Of a stretch of 42,267 nt of DNA, positions 8,945 to 18,281 are shown piece after piece. The DNA lies in NCBI GenBank assembly GCA_964595705.1, contig CAZQSC010000002.1, positions 1-42,267 of the forward strand, given 5' to 3'. This DNA comes from an uncultured bacterium. GTDB lineage: Bacteria; Latescibacterota; MVCY01. The notes under the pieces are model-generated. The model worked only from the letters and a program-made list of their open reading frames with translations, had not been told where the DNA came from and did no database searches. The position numbers were made by a program, and so were the translations under genes. Each line of letters starts with the position of its first letter. Positions within the stretch are counted from its first letter, which is position 1.

Positions 8945-9808
8945 CTATTCGAACAATGCTTTGACTGATCCCCAGGTGGCGGGGGATACTGCCTCCTTGG
9001 GGCCCAAAACAGCGTTGCTGAAGGCAGAGGCATCAGTCCAGCTATTCCCGTTGTCGGTGGTTGAGTACTGGCAGTCACGGGTGATCAGGCCGGTCTCTTC
9101 CTTCACGGTCTCATCGGCGTCATCCCACTGCAGGGTAAACCCAATAACATCGCCCTCAGCCAGATCGTGCACCACATCGTCGGCCGGGCTTGCTATGTCG
9201 TCGCCCAGACCGTCGTAGATGAGCATCTTGAACTCATAGGTATAAGAGACATCAAGGTCTCCGCTCTCCGGCTGGTCGCCAATAGCGCCCTCATTAGGAG
9301 CACCCATCAGATAGGCGAGATCATCGTGGGCTCCGGCACCATAGCAATAGAGCCCAAAGACAGGGTTCACATAGATCTGCTGGGCATTGGAATAATCTGG
9401 ATTATCACCGTACTGGAATTTTCCGCCGCTGTTATCACCGTCCACCAGGATCTCGAAGTTATCATCCTCGTGGCCGCCGGACCAATTATCCTGATCGGCG
9501 TTGTAGATGTCGTCAGTGACTGCCGAGGCACCGTAGATCATATTCTCGTCATCCGACCAGGCGATGTTGAAGACGAAATCTATGTCTTCATCGGTCTCCT
9601 CGTCTCCGGAGATACACCAGGTGTCGGCTTTGCTATACTGATAGTCTGCCGCCCAGGCCCAGTCGGACAGATCCCCGTCAATGGTAATGGTTGTCCCTGC
9701 AGGGATATGCGGGCAGTCTATAGTCAACCCTACTCCCGAATAGCCAAAAGCCACGCCACTGGTTCCAAGCACCAGCACCGTTGCCAATAAAAACGAAAGT
9801 TTTTTCAC
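8945..9808 (-). CDS. Very acidic secreted protein with a CBM9/DOMON-like carbohydrate-binding-type domain
   Basis: 287-aa ORF with a GTG start and AAAGGAG 7 nt upstream. The signal peptide is MKKLSFLLATVLVLGTSGVAFG. The ITIDGDLSDWAWAADY motif is typical of family-9-like binding modules. The protein is extremely Asp/Glu-rich and ends ...ATWGSVKALFE. Confidence 0.7.
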   Translation of the reverse strand: MKKLSFLLATVLVLGTSGVAFGYSGVGLTIDCPHIPAGTTITIDGDLSDWAWAADYQYSKADTWCISGDEETDEDIDFVFNIAWSDDENMIYGASAVTDDIYNADQDNWSGGHEDDNFEILVDGDNSGGKFQYGDNPDYSNAQQIYVNPVFGLYCYGAGAHDDLAYLMGAPNEGAIGDQPESGDLDVSYTYEFKMLIYDGLGDDIASPADDVVHDLAEGDVIGFTLQWDDADETVKEETGLITRDCQYSTTDNGNSWTDASAFSNAVLGPKEAVSPATWGSVKALFE

Positions 9809-10033
9809 TTTTCTACTCCTTTCCCTGTTTCAAAGTTGCCATTTTTCTACACTGCTAAACTACCTTAAAGCTCTGGAAGCGCCATCACCTCCTTTCTCCC
9901 CAGGATCAAACTAGAAAAATAGGGACACCTTTTCCCGCTGTTAGTGATCCTCTACAACAGAACAGCACAAAAAGATATCCCTGGTTACTCTGCATCACCT
10001 CCTCTGTAGAATATTGACAAATTATCTTAATAT

Positions 10034-10062
10034 AATTTAACTCTCCCCTGGGGTCTTGTCAA
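10034..10062 (-). promoter_or_regulatory. Sigma70-like promoter candidate for the 8945-9808 gene
   Basis: The minus strand reads TTGACA (10062-10057), N17, TAAATT (10039-10034). It shares GAGTTAAATTATA with the argG promoter candidate. It implies a ~220-nt leader. Confidence 0.35.
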
Positions 10063-10312
10063 GCATTTTTTATCTATTTTTTACCAAAGAGAGAAAAAAA
10101 ATTTTAAAAACAGATTCGAACTCTTATCTTAGAATCAGTTTCACAAGACCTTACAGCCTACCAAACTTACCTTTTCCTCAACCAGCTTAATGGATCAATA
10201 TATTCCAAATGGACACCCTAAATGCCATCTATCACTCTTCGCTTCGCTCAGGGTGACAACAATAGATAGTCCATTGCGAGTTACTGAAACTCCTATCCCT
10301 GCTGTCTGTCGA

Positions 10313-10804
10313 TCAGAGAGGCGGATAGATACTGCCTGTGAAACGCCCTGGCACTAAGCGATAGGTGGGCAATCCGGTGAAATATGCCTGCGCTTTCCAC
10401 TGGGTCATATAAACCTCTACAGTCACATCCCCATCTATGTGAGGGATCTTCACCAGGAGCTTGTTCACCCCGCAGGCAATAACATACTTGATGTAAAACT
10501 CCACCTCGCTTCCTCCTGGGAAGAGTTCTCCATCATACAACGGGACAGGCTCCACCTCTGGTTTAATCTCTCTGGTCTCCTCGTCTAAGTGAAACTCGAC
10601 CTCATCGATAATCTTCTCGCTCTCATCCAGTGTCTCCACCCACAGCTTGGTTACTCCATCCTGTCCCCAGGAGAAACGAGTGTTGTTCAAGATATACACC
10701 CTTCCATCCTTATAATTGACTCCTGTGCCTCCCTTGCAGCCAGCAAGCAGCGCCAGGCCAACAAACATTCCGCCGACGGCTATGATTCTTAAGACCTTAG
10801 ACAT
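10313..10804 (-). CDS. Lipoprotein of unknown function
   Basis: 163-aa ORF with an ATG start and an AAGAGGTGA RBS. The signal peptide has a lipobox (LALLAGC). Confidence 0.75.
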   Translation of the reverse strand: MSKVLRIIAVGGMFVGLALLAGCKGGTGVNYKDGRVYILNNTRFSWGQDGVTKLWVETLDESEKIIDEVEFHLDEETREIKPEVEPVPLYDGELFPGGSEVEFYIKYVIACGVNKLLVKIPHIDGDVTVEVYMTQWKAQAYFTGLPTYRLVPGRFTGSIYPPL

Positions 10805-10896
10805 AGAACATCACCTCTTTTAACCAAACCAGAAGTATAACTGCTTTTATTGGAAACTCAAACACCTGTCCCTCAAAATCATTGCCTTATTTTAAT

Positions 10897-10925
10897 AATC
10901 TAACCCCGAGAACCATAAATGTCAA
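10897..10925 (-). promoter_or_regulatory. Sigma70-like promoter candidate for the 10313-10804 lipoprotein gene
   Basis: The minus strand reads TTGACA (10925-10920), N17, TAGATT (10902-10897), about 90 nt upstream of the start codon. Confidence 0.45.
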
Positions 10926-11055
10926 GTCTTTTTCTGAGAGAAATTTTGAAATTGCCATCGCAGCTCGCTTTGTTAAATCGATATTTTGACAGGGCAACTC
11001 CATAGGGATAGGTCACTGGAGCAATTTTTAGCGTAGCAGACCCTAATGGACATTT

Positions 11056-12759
11056 TCAACTGGCCTTTTTGCCTGTTGAGCTCAGATCCATATCTGGGAC
11101 AAACTGGAGATCATGCTCGTAAGTCTCTATTTTATCTGAGTATTTCACTCGCAATTCGACCAGCAGCTTCTGGAAAAGTTCGTTAATCCTCTCGCTTTGC
11201 TCTCGTTTGAGTCTTCTTGTCACATCCTTTTTTACTCGAGGTACATCTAAAGACTCCACACGGGCAGGCTGCTTGTCCAGTACTCGGAAAATCGTGTATC
11301 CAGTGTAATGCTTTCGGTTTTTCTGAAAGGATGTTTTAAGGGGACCATTAAGCGGACCAATGGGGGCCTCATATGCCGCATCAACTACAGCTCCCAATTG
11401 CCTTTTTGTCAACTTGTCAACAAAGAAACTAAATTGGCGGTAGTTCTCCCACTCTCCGGCGAAAGGAGGAAACTTCGCAGCCACTTGAGACATCGGGGCA
11501 CCAGCCTTAATCAGGTCAAATGCCTTCTTAGCCTCTTGCAGGGTTCCAAACAGCATTGCCTCGATGGTGACCTTAGGAGGAATGTAGTACAGGGAGTCAC
11601 GGTGGCTCTCCCAGTATTGTCTGAGGACCTCTGGGGTAATCACCTTAGATTCGGTCGCTTGCTTCTCCAGCTCCGTTACCATCTGCTTCTCTTTTTCCCT
11701 CTTCAGATAGGCCGCCAGTTGCTGGGAACGATCAAGCCTCTGACGCCGGTAGGCCTCGGGCAACACCACTGAGGCCATGGCAAACCGCTTCACCGACCTG
11801 GCCACCCTACTGCTATCAGAGAAATCCGGATAGTGCCTGGCACCTCGTTTTTGTAACCACACTATGTAATCAGCAACAGTGCTGCGCCCACCACGGTATT
11901 TAAGAAGAACCTGGGCCTGCTGTTGGGCAGAGAGCTCAGGCAACTCCCTTGGCACCTCACCGCCCTTCTGTAGTAGAAGTCTCATTCCCTGGGGGTCTAT
12001 CTGTAAATGTATTTTGTTCTCAATCTTATTTATGTATCTCTGGTATTTCTCTGCTTCTTTATATCTCCTGAGCCGATTGGCCACCAGTGGTTTCTGTTTC
12101 TCAAAGCCGATGGGGCGTCTGTCCATCACTTTAATTACATGATAATAGCCACTTCTACTTTTAAAGGGTTCTGAGATCTCCCCTGTCTTCATAGAGAAGA
12201 CTTTTTCAGCGAAAGGTCCTATGACTTCGCCCTCCCGCCACCATCCAAGGTCTCCGCCTTTAGGAGCGGAGTGTTTGTCTAAGGATCTGTCTCGGGCCAG
12301 TTGGGCGAAGTCAGCGCCATGTTTCAGGGCCTTTATAATCTCTTCGGCCTCTGGGCGGGTCTCAACCATAATGTGGCTGGCCCTGACCTCCTGCCGTTGG
12401 TCCAGCCCTCGCTCTTTGTAGAAGCGGCGCATTTGGGCTTCAGTGATCCGAATCCCCCGGGCAAGTTTCTCTTTGAGTTGTCGATACATCCATCTTTGCC
12501 TCTTCTTCTCTACAGACTTGATCACCGTGCTGGCAGTGTCTAACCCGCGGCTGTAAGCTTCCATAACTAAGAGCTCTTTGTCAATGATCGTCCACAAAAG
12601 ATCCTTTTTTGTTCCCCGAAATGAAGATAACTTCGCCTGTGCCTGTTCCAAGTCTCCAACTGTAATCTTTTTGTCACCCACCTTAGCCAGAATGATCTCT
12701 CTGCTGGTCCCACACCCTGCTAACGACAGCGAAATTAAGACCATTAATAACTTTTTCAT
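11056..12759 (-). CDS. PpiC/parvulin-type peptidyl-prolyl cis-trans isomerase lipoprotein (SurA/PrsA-like)
   Basis: 567 aa with the lipobox LSLAGC. The parvulin core is RASHIMV...ADFAQLARDRSLDKHSAPKGGDLGWW...GEISEPFKSRSGYYHVIKV. The start is 24 nt after the TPR gene stop. Confidence 0.85.
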   Translation of the reverse strand: MKKLLMVLISLSLAGCGTSREIILAKVGDKKITVGDLEQAQAKLSSFRGTKKDLLWTIIDKELLVMEAYSRGLDTASTVIKSVEKKRQRWMYRQLKEKLARGIRITEAQMRRFYKERGLDQRQEVRASHIMVETRPEAEEIIKALKHGADFAQLARDRSLDKHSAPKGGDLGWWREGEVIGPFAEKVFSMKTGEISEPFKSRSGYYHVIKVMDRRPIGFEKQKPLVANRLRRYKEAEKYQRYINKIENKIHLQIDPQGMRLLLQKGGEVPRELPELSAQQQAQVLLKYRGGRSTVADYIVWLQKRGARHYPDFSDSSRVARSVKRFAMASVVLPEAYRRQRLDRSQQLAAYLKREKEKQMVTELEKQATESKVITPEVLRQYWESHRDSLYYIPPKVTIEAMLFGTLQEAKKAFDLIKAGAPMSQVAAKFPPFAGEWENYRQFSFFVDKLTKRQLGAVVDAAYEAPIGPLNGPLKTSFQKNRKHYTGYTIFRVLDKQPARVESLDVPRVKKDVTRRLKREQSERINELFQKLLVELRVKYSDKIETYEHDLQFVPDMDLSSTGKKAS

Positions 12760-12783
12760 CTCTGCTCTCCCTGTGTGCTGAAA

Positions 12784-14211
12784 TTATTTGCCTTTCTGTC
12801 TCAATTGCTCGGCTATCTCCAACTCTCTTTTCCCCTGCAGTCTTTTACCCTGTTTCAGATATATCTGACCTAGATAGCGGTGGGCAATCTCTCGGTCAGG
12901 TTCAAGTCTAATAACTTCCTTGAACTGGGATGCTGCACTGTCCAAGCGGCCCAAGGCAAGATAGCTACCCCCCAGGTTAAAGTGAGCGGAGACATACTCA
13001 GGGTCCAGAGAGATAGCCTTTTTGTAGTTCTCAATAGCCTCGGCATGTCTGTTCTCTCTGCTGTAGGCCACTCCCAGGTTATAGTAAGCGGAGGTACATT
13101 TAGGGTCAAAGGCAAGCAGCCTTCGGTACCACTGTCTGGCCTGAGGTAACTCTCCCAGTTTCAGATAGGCATTGCCAGCGTGGATATAAGCAATCTCTAA
13201 AGTGGAGTCGACCTGGACTGCCTTTGCATACTCCTGTGCCGCTTGTTTATGCTTACCCCAGTCGGAATACAGAAGCCCCAGCTTGTAGTGGTTCAAAGCC
13301 AACTGGGCCTGGTTCATAGAACTGCTCCGGATGTAAAGCGGTCTCCTAAGTCTGGCCTCCTCTGTTTGAAACTCTGAGAGTTTTTTGAACCTGTCCAGCT
13401 GTTCTTTCCCCTCCTGTTTCTTTCCTAATCGCAGCAGCAGAATACCGAGATTGTAACAGGCATCTGCATGTTCGGGATTCAGCCGCAGGACGGTTTTAAA
13501 CTGCTCTATGGCCTCGTTGTATTGCTTTAGCGATGAATAGGCAAGACCTAAATTGTAGAGGGCATCTGTGTCATTGGGGTCAAGGGCTGTGGCTCTCCTA
13601 AGACAACTGACAGCTCTATTCGGCTGCCCGTGTTTTAAGTAAATCATTCCTTCAACAAAATGGGCATGCGCTAAATTGGAATCGGAGGCAATGGCTTTCT
13701 TACAGGCCTCCACTGCAAGCTCAAAGTCACCTTGTGCCAGATACATTAGGGCTAAATTACTGTAAGCAGCCGCATAATTGGGTCTCAACTGAATTGCTCT
13801 GTTAAACTCTGCGATCGTCCCTTTCATATACCCCTGTTTGGAGTAGACAACTCCTAAGCCATAGTGGGCCTCAGGGACAAGAGAATCCAGCTTTACCGCT
13901 TTGTGATATTGTTCGGCAGCGCTGAGGCAGTCGCCCAGTTTTAGATAGACATCCCCAAGCCCGATGTATGCCTCCACACAACTGGAGTCTATTTGAATCG
14001 CTTCTTTGTATTGCTCGGCTGCTTCTTTAAATCTACCAAAACTTAAGAAGGCAGCCCCTTTTTGGCAATACAACCGAACCTGGTTGGCTAATCGCTCCTC
14101 CTCTGCTGTCTTTCTGTGGCATCCGAAAATCAGCATTGCAGAGATTGCCGCCAACGCTAATACCACACCAGTAACAGTCGCCCACTTTCTCAGCACTGTC
14201 TCTCCTGTCAT
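12784..14211 (-). CDS. Tetratricopeptide-repeat (TPR) lipoprotein
   Basis: 475 aa. The N-terminal anchor or lipobox is LIFGC. It carries many 34-aa repeats of the form A.YNLG.AY...G....A...Y..A..L.P.... Confidence 0.85.
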   Translation of the reverse strand: MTGETVLRKWATVTGVVLALAAISAMLIFGCHRKTAEEERLANQVRLYCQKGAAFLSFGRFKEAAEQYKEAIQIDSSCVEAYIGLGDVYLKLGDCLSAAEQYHKAVKLDSLVPEAHYGLGVVYSKQGYMKGTIAEFNRAIQLRPNYAAAYSNLALMYLAQGDFELAVEACKKAIASDSNLAHAHFVEGMIYLKHGQPNRAVSCLRRATALDPNDTDALYNLGLAYSSLKQYNEAIEQFKTVLRLNPEHADACYNLGILLLRLGKKQEGKEQLDRFKKLSEFQTEEARLRRPLYIRSSSMNQAQLALNHYKLGLLYSDWGKHKQAAQEYAKAVQVDSTLEIAYIHAGNAYLKLGELPQARQWYRRLLAFDPKCTSAYYNLGVAYSRENRHAEAIENYKKAISLDPEYVSAHFNLGGSYLALGRLDSAASQFKEVIRLEPDREIAHRYLGQIYLKQGKRLQGKRELEIAEQLRQKGK

Positions 14212-14268
14212 TCAGATTTATTTAGACTTATAAACTTCGCGCCCCACTACCAAAAGGCTTTTTATAAT

Positions 14269-14296
14269 ATATTACAAGAAATCCCAAAAATGTCAA
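14269..14296 (-). promoter_or_regulatory. Sigma70-like promoter candidate for the TPR-PPIase operon
   Basis: The minus strand reads TTGACA (14296-14291), N16, TAATAT (14274-14269). It lies 31 nt after the parB stop and about 60 nt before the TPR start. Confidence 0.5.
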
Positions 14297-14326
14297 GGTT
14301 TTTTACCCTAGCGTCTGAGAATCTCG

Positions 14327-15199
14327 TTATCCATCCTTCACAAACTTTCTCTCCAACGCCTCTACCATTCGCTCCAGATCGGCTTGGGTATGGAATAATA
14401 TCTCTATCTTGCCCTTCTTGCCTTTTTTCTCTATTCTCACCTCTGCTCCCAGCAGTTCCTGAAGCCTCTTTCTCAAAGTAGCCACCAATGGGCTTTGTTG
14501 AGCAAGAACCTCCTTTTTCTCCGAAGAGGAGACAAGGGCGTCCTGTATTGCCTTTTCCACTCTTCTCACTGACCACCCGTATTTGATAATCCTCTGACAG
14601 AGCTTATGCTGTATCTGGGAATCTTCTAAGGAAAGCAACGCACGGGCATGCCCGGCGGATATCCTCCCCTCAGAGATGTATTTCTGAACCTCAACTGGCA
14701 ACCGTAGCAAGCGCATAAGATTGGAAATAGTGGATCTGTTCTTACCAACCCGCTCGGAAAGCTCCTCCTGTGTCATCTGAAAGCGCCGAATAAGGGTCTG
14801 ATAAGCTTTTGCTTCTTCAATAGGATTGAGGTCTTCTCGTTGGATGTTCTCTATTAGAGCCAACTCCATCATCTCTTCTGGAGAGGAGACCTCCACCACC
14901 AGGGCAGGAATGGTTTGCCCCCCTGCCTGTTTGACTGCCAACAGCCTTCTCTCCCCCGCGATAAGCTGATAGCCCTCTTCGGTATGTCTTACGATAATCG
15001 GTTGGATGACGCCTTTCTCAACGATGGAGCGTTTAAGTTCCTCTATACTCTCTTGGTCAAATCCCATCCTGGGCTGATAGGGATTAGAGGAGATCTCGGA
15101 GACAGGCAGTTCGATCACCTGCCGGCCGCTTGGTTCTGCCCTCTCAGAGATGTCGGGGATGAGGGCCTTTAGCCCCTTGCCTAATGCTTTTCTACCCAC
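14327..15199 (-). CDS. parB: Chromosome partitioning protein ParB/Spo0J
   Basis: 290 aa with a GTG start. It has the N-terminal GKGLKALIP, the ParB box IAGERRLLA and an HTH (TQEELSERVGKNRSTISNLMRLL). It overlaps the parA stop by 8 nt. Confidence 0.95.
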   Translation of the reverse strand: MGRKALGKGLKALIPDISERAEPSGRQVIELPVSEISSNPYQPRMGFDQESIEELKRSIVEKGVIQPIIVRHTEEGYQLIAGERRLLAVKQAGGQTIPALVVEVSSPEEMMELALIENIQREDLNPIEEAKAYQTLIRRFQMTQEELSERVGKNRSTISNLMRLLRLPVEVQKYISEGRISAGHARALLSLEDSQIQHKLCQRIIKYGWSVRRVEKAIQDALVSSSEKKEVLAQQSPLVATLRKRLQELLGAEVRIEKKGKKGKIEILFHTQADLERMVEALERKFVKDG

Positions 15200-15953
15200 G
15201 GTTGATCACCTCTTGTGCCAGTTTCATATAGTTCTGCGCCCCGGTGGAGGTGATGTCATAGAGAATTATAGGCTTGCCAAAGCTGGGGGCTTCGCTCAGT
15301 CGAACATTTCGGTGGATTACAGTCTGGTAGAGCTTTTTACCAAAGTAGGACCTGACCTCTTCGGCCACCTGCTTGGAGAGGTTAAGCCGAGTGTCATACA
15401 TAGTGAGCAGTACCCCTTCAATGCGCAGATGCGGATTAAGACTTCTCTGAACCAGACGAATGGTGTTGAGCAATCGCCCCAAGCCTTCTAAGGCATAATA
15501 TTCGCACTGAATAGGGATAAGGATTGAATCTGCCGCAGTAAGGGCGTTTATGGTGAGAAGCCCCAGCGAGGGGGGACAATCGACAAGGATGTACTGATAA
15601 CTCTTCTTCATCCCTTGAATTGCCTCTTTAAATCGCCTCTCCCGGCCGTCCAAATTGACCAGCTCCACCTCTGCCCCTGCCAGGCGAGAGTGGGAAGCCA
15701 CCAGATCCAGGAATTCAAGTTTGGTCCTCCGCAAGGCAGACCCAAAAGGAACTTCTCCTATCAGAACCTCATAGATGCTTTTCTCTACCTCGTCGGGTTC
15801 GATGCCATAGCCGCTGGTGGCGTTGGCCTGAGGGTCGATGTCCACCAGCAGTGTCTCATGCTCAGCAGCAGCCAGGCAGGCCGATAGATTCACCGCTGTG
15901 GTCGTCTTCCCTACCCCACCCTTCTGGTTGGCTATGGCGATTATCTTTCCCAT
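15192..15953 (-). CDS. parA: Chromosome partitioning ATPase ParA/Soj
   Basis: 253 aa. It has the deviant Walker A motif NQKGGVGKTTT and is collinear with Soj/ParA throughout. Confidence 0.95.
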   Translation of the reverse strand: MGKIIAIANQKGGVGKTTTAVNLSACLAAAEHETLLVDIDPQANATSGYGIEPDEVEKSIYEVLIGEVPFGSALRRTKLEFLDLVASHSRLAGAEVELVNLDGRERRFKEAIQGMKKSYQYILVDCPPSLGLLTINALTAADSILIPIQCEYYALEGLGRLLNTIRLVQRSLNPHLRIEGVLLTMYDTRLNLSKQVAEEVRSYFGKKLYQTVIHRNVRLSEAPSFGKPIILYDITSTGAQNYMKLAQEVINRG

Positions 15954-16146
15954 TGTCCATGCTGAGTTTGGATTTTAACCGCAAAGATCCCTAAAGAAGA
16001 CACGAAGCCCGTCAAGAGAATCCAATTTGTGCACTCCAACAGCCACACCAGCAGGATTTACCTACGATACTCTGCGTTTTTTGCGTCTCCTCTGCGGTCT
16101 TTGCGGTTAGAGAGAAAAACCTATGAAATTTGCCCAGGTTAGATTC

Positions 16147-17151
16147 CTACTCACAGGGCACAGACTCACTCTTCCCACTTTCGGCCGATTTTTCGGCGGT
16201 TTCCATAACGGCGATCACCCGCCGGGCCGACTCCGGAGTCACCTCCAAGGGTTCTCCCTCAAGCAAATGTCTGGCTATATTCTGATAATAAAGCTCCCAA
16301 TTGCCTTCCTTATATTTCACCTTCATTTCCACAGGCATTCCGTCTATTTCAGTATTCACGGTGAAGCTATCTCCACCCTGGTCAAGGATAGCTCCTTTGG
16401 TTCCCAGGATACGCCAGCGGGCCCTGGAGACGCGGGCAATGTAAGAAAGCTGCACATCTGCTACCGCTCCGTTCTCGAATCGAATAACCGCCTCCACATG
16501 GTCTTCGTTGGTGACATCATGCCAGACTAATTTATGGAAAAAACCAGTGACGTTGGCTATCTTCGCTGGAATCAGGTTCAAAACCCAGTCAACGACGTGC
16601 GCCCCCCAATCATAGAAAGCACCCCCGGAGATCTTCTTGTCTGACCGCCACCAGTAGCCTGGGTGTCTGTAGCTGCCGCCACCGACCTCTATGTGGAACA
16701 CCTCTCCGATGAGTCCTTTGTCCACTACCTCCTTTATGGCCAAAAAATCGCCATCATGACGGCGATTCTGAAAGACGCTCAACATCCGGCCCACTTGTTT
16801 TGCTGTCTCGATCATCGTTGTGGCCTCCTCTACAGTGAGGCACATCGGCTTTTCCACCACCACATGTTTGCCCGCTTTCAGACACTGAATGCTCAAGTCT
16901 CGATGGGTATTGTGAGGGGTAACCACCACTGCTAGATCGATATCCCCTTTTTCCAGCATCTGGGAGACCTGGTTGTAGGTCTGAATGCCCGGGAAATCGG
17001 CCTTGGCAGCCTGAGTACGTTTTGGATCCAGGTCACAGACTGCGGCCAGTTTCAACCCCTCTGTCCGGCTGATATAGTCACAATGGACTCGCCCCATATT
17101 AAAAGCCGGCCCATAACCGATAACACCACAGCGCACCACTTTCTCTCCCAC
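16147..17151 (-). CDS. Gfo/Idh/MocA family NAD(P)-dependent oxidoreductase
   Basis: 334 aa with a GTG start and an AAAGGAG RBS. The N-terminal Rossmann motif is RCGVIGYGPAFNMG and the EKP motif is VVVEKPM. Confidence 0.85.
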   Translation of the reverse strand: MGEKVVRCGVIGYGPAFNMGRVHCDYISRTEGLKLAAVCDLDPKRTQAAKADFPGIQTYNQVSQMLEKGDIDLAVVVTPHNTHRDLSIQCLKAGKHVVVEKPMCLTVEEATTMIETAKQVGRMLSVFQNRRHDGDFLAIKEVVDKGLIGEVFHIEVGGGSYRHPGYWWRSDKKISGGAFYDWGAHVVDWVLNLIPAKIANVTGFFHKLVWHDVTNEDHVEAVIRFENGAVADVQLSYIARVSRARWRILGTKGAILDQGGDSFTVNTEIDGMPVEMKVKYKEGNWELYYQNIARHLLEGEPLEVTPESARRVIAVMETAEKSAESGKSESVPCE

Positions 17152-17391
17152 TTTATTATTTCTCCTTTCTATAGTCTTTTCAACCTGCTCTTCCTCTGAT
17201 TTAGTGCTGTATTAATACGAGGGGTAAAATCTCAATTTTAATACCAAAATCCCCAAATAATATCCAATTATCAAATTCCAAAACAAAAACTCTCCTGCTG
17301 GGTAACATACGCCATGTTTGAATCTTTGGTTGTTCGAATATTCAAATTTATACTTTTCCTGGGGACAAGCTCCAAGGCTACTTTTCAATCA

Positions 17392-18165
17392 CTAATCTCC
17401 CCCATAGGCTTTAAACAGTGCCCGGTAATAACGCATCAGGCGCTCTGGTTCTGAGCTTTCCGGGATCTCTGCCAAACAGAATCCTTGATATCCTGAGCCC
17501 TTAAGTAAGCTGAACAGTTCCTGCCAGGGGTATTCCTCCCAGTACAGCTCGTTGATGTGGACCAGTCGGATTTTATCCTTCACCAAGTTGAAATTCTTCT
17601 CTACTGAACCATTTTCGTCTACATCTGTCTGGTTGGAATTCCAGCAAACGAAGACATTATCGTGATCAGCAATTTCCATAATCTGGTGAATATAAGGCAG
17701 CTTGCATGTCTCTGGGCCGTGTACCTCCAAACGGATCTCCACTCCATAATCTTTGGCGAACTCCTCACATTCCCGCAAGGCAAGGCCAATCTGTTCTAAG
17801 GTTTTCTCCCGAGGCACATTGGCCTCAGGGGGTGGAAATCCGTTGGGCCGAACCTTCACTCCAGGGGCACCTATGTCATGAGCCAGCTTCACATACTCTT
17901 TTGTCCTATCGATATTTTGGCGCACCACTTCCGACTGGGGCGAATGGTATTCAAAGGCGCTGCCCAGGCCAACCAGTTGGATGGGAGAGTTCTCAAACTG
18001 TGCCTTCACCTTGCCACGCTGCTCGGGGCTAAGAGTCGCTTCCACTCCGTGGGCGTGGGTGGTCCTGAGCTCTACCCCTTCGAAGCCAGTGGCGGTGCAT
18101 TTCTCGATAATGGTGGGAATATCCCAGTGCCTCGCCAGATTATAGGTCACCAGCCCTAAGTGCAT
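17392..18165 (-). CDS. Sugar phosphate isomerase/epimerase (xylose isomerase-like TIM barrel)
   Basis: 257 aa. The family-typical segments GFEGVELR, ...IRLEVHG... and a C-terminal GYQGF..E are present. Confidence 0.8.
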   Translation of the reverse strand: MHLGLVTYNLARHWDIPTIIEKCTATGFEGVELRTTHAHGVEATLSPEQRGKVKAQFENSPIQLVGLGSAFEYHSPQSEVVRQNIDRTKEYVKLAHDIGAPGVKVRPNGFPPPEANVPREKTLEQIGLALRECEEFAKDYGVEIRLEVHGPETCKLPYIHQIMEIADHDNVFVCWNSNQTDVDENGSVEKNFNLVKDKIRLVHINELYWEEYPWQELFSLLKGSGYQGFCLAEIPESSEPERLMRYYRALFKAYGGD

Positions 18166-18281
18166 TATGCTCCTCCCATTCTGCTGTAATTGGTATTCAC
18201 GATTAAAATCGTGGCTTGTTAAGGTCTTAGCACATTTGTACCAAAATCATAGATAAGTTTTTCCGAATACAGGTTCACCAG

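Noticed and set aside
9167-9790. 207-aa plus-strand ORF antisense to the acidic CBM9-like gene
   Set aside because: It is a mirror image of GAT/GAC/GAA-rich codons, which gives an I/V/L-rich artefact. The minus-strand ORF has the signal peptide, RBS and domain motif.
10014-10036. Plus-strand TTGACA followed by TATAAT
   Set aside because: The spacer is only 11 nt and no plus-strand gene follows. The minus-strand TTGACA-N17-TAAATT was preferred.
14262-14576. 104-aa minus-strand ORF overlapping the parB 3' end
   Set aside because: It is out of frame with the well-supported parB gene and extends over the TTGACA-N16-TAATAT promoter candidate.
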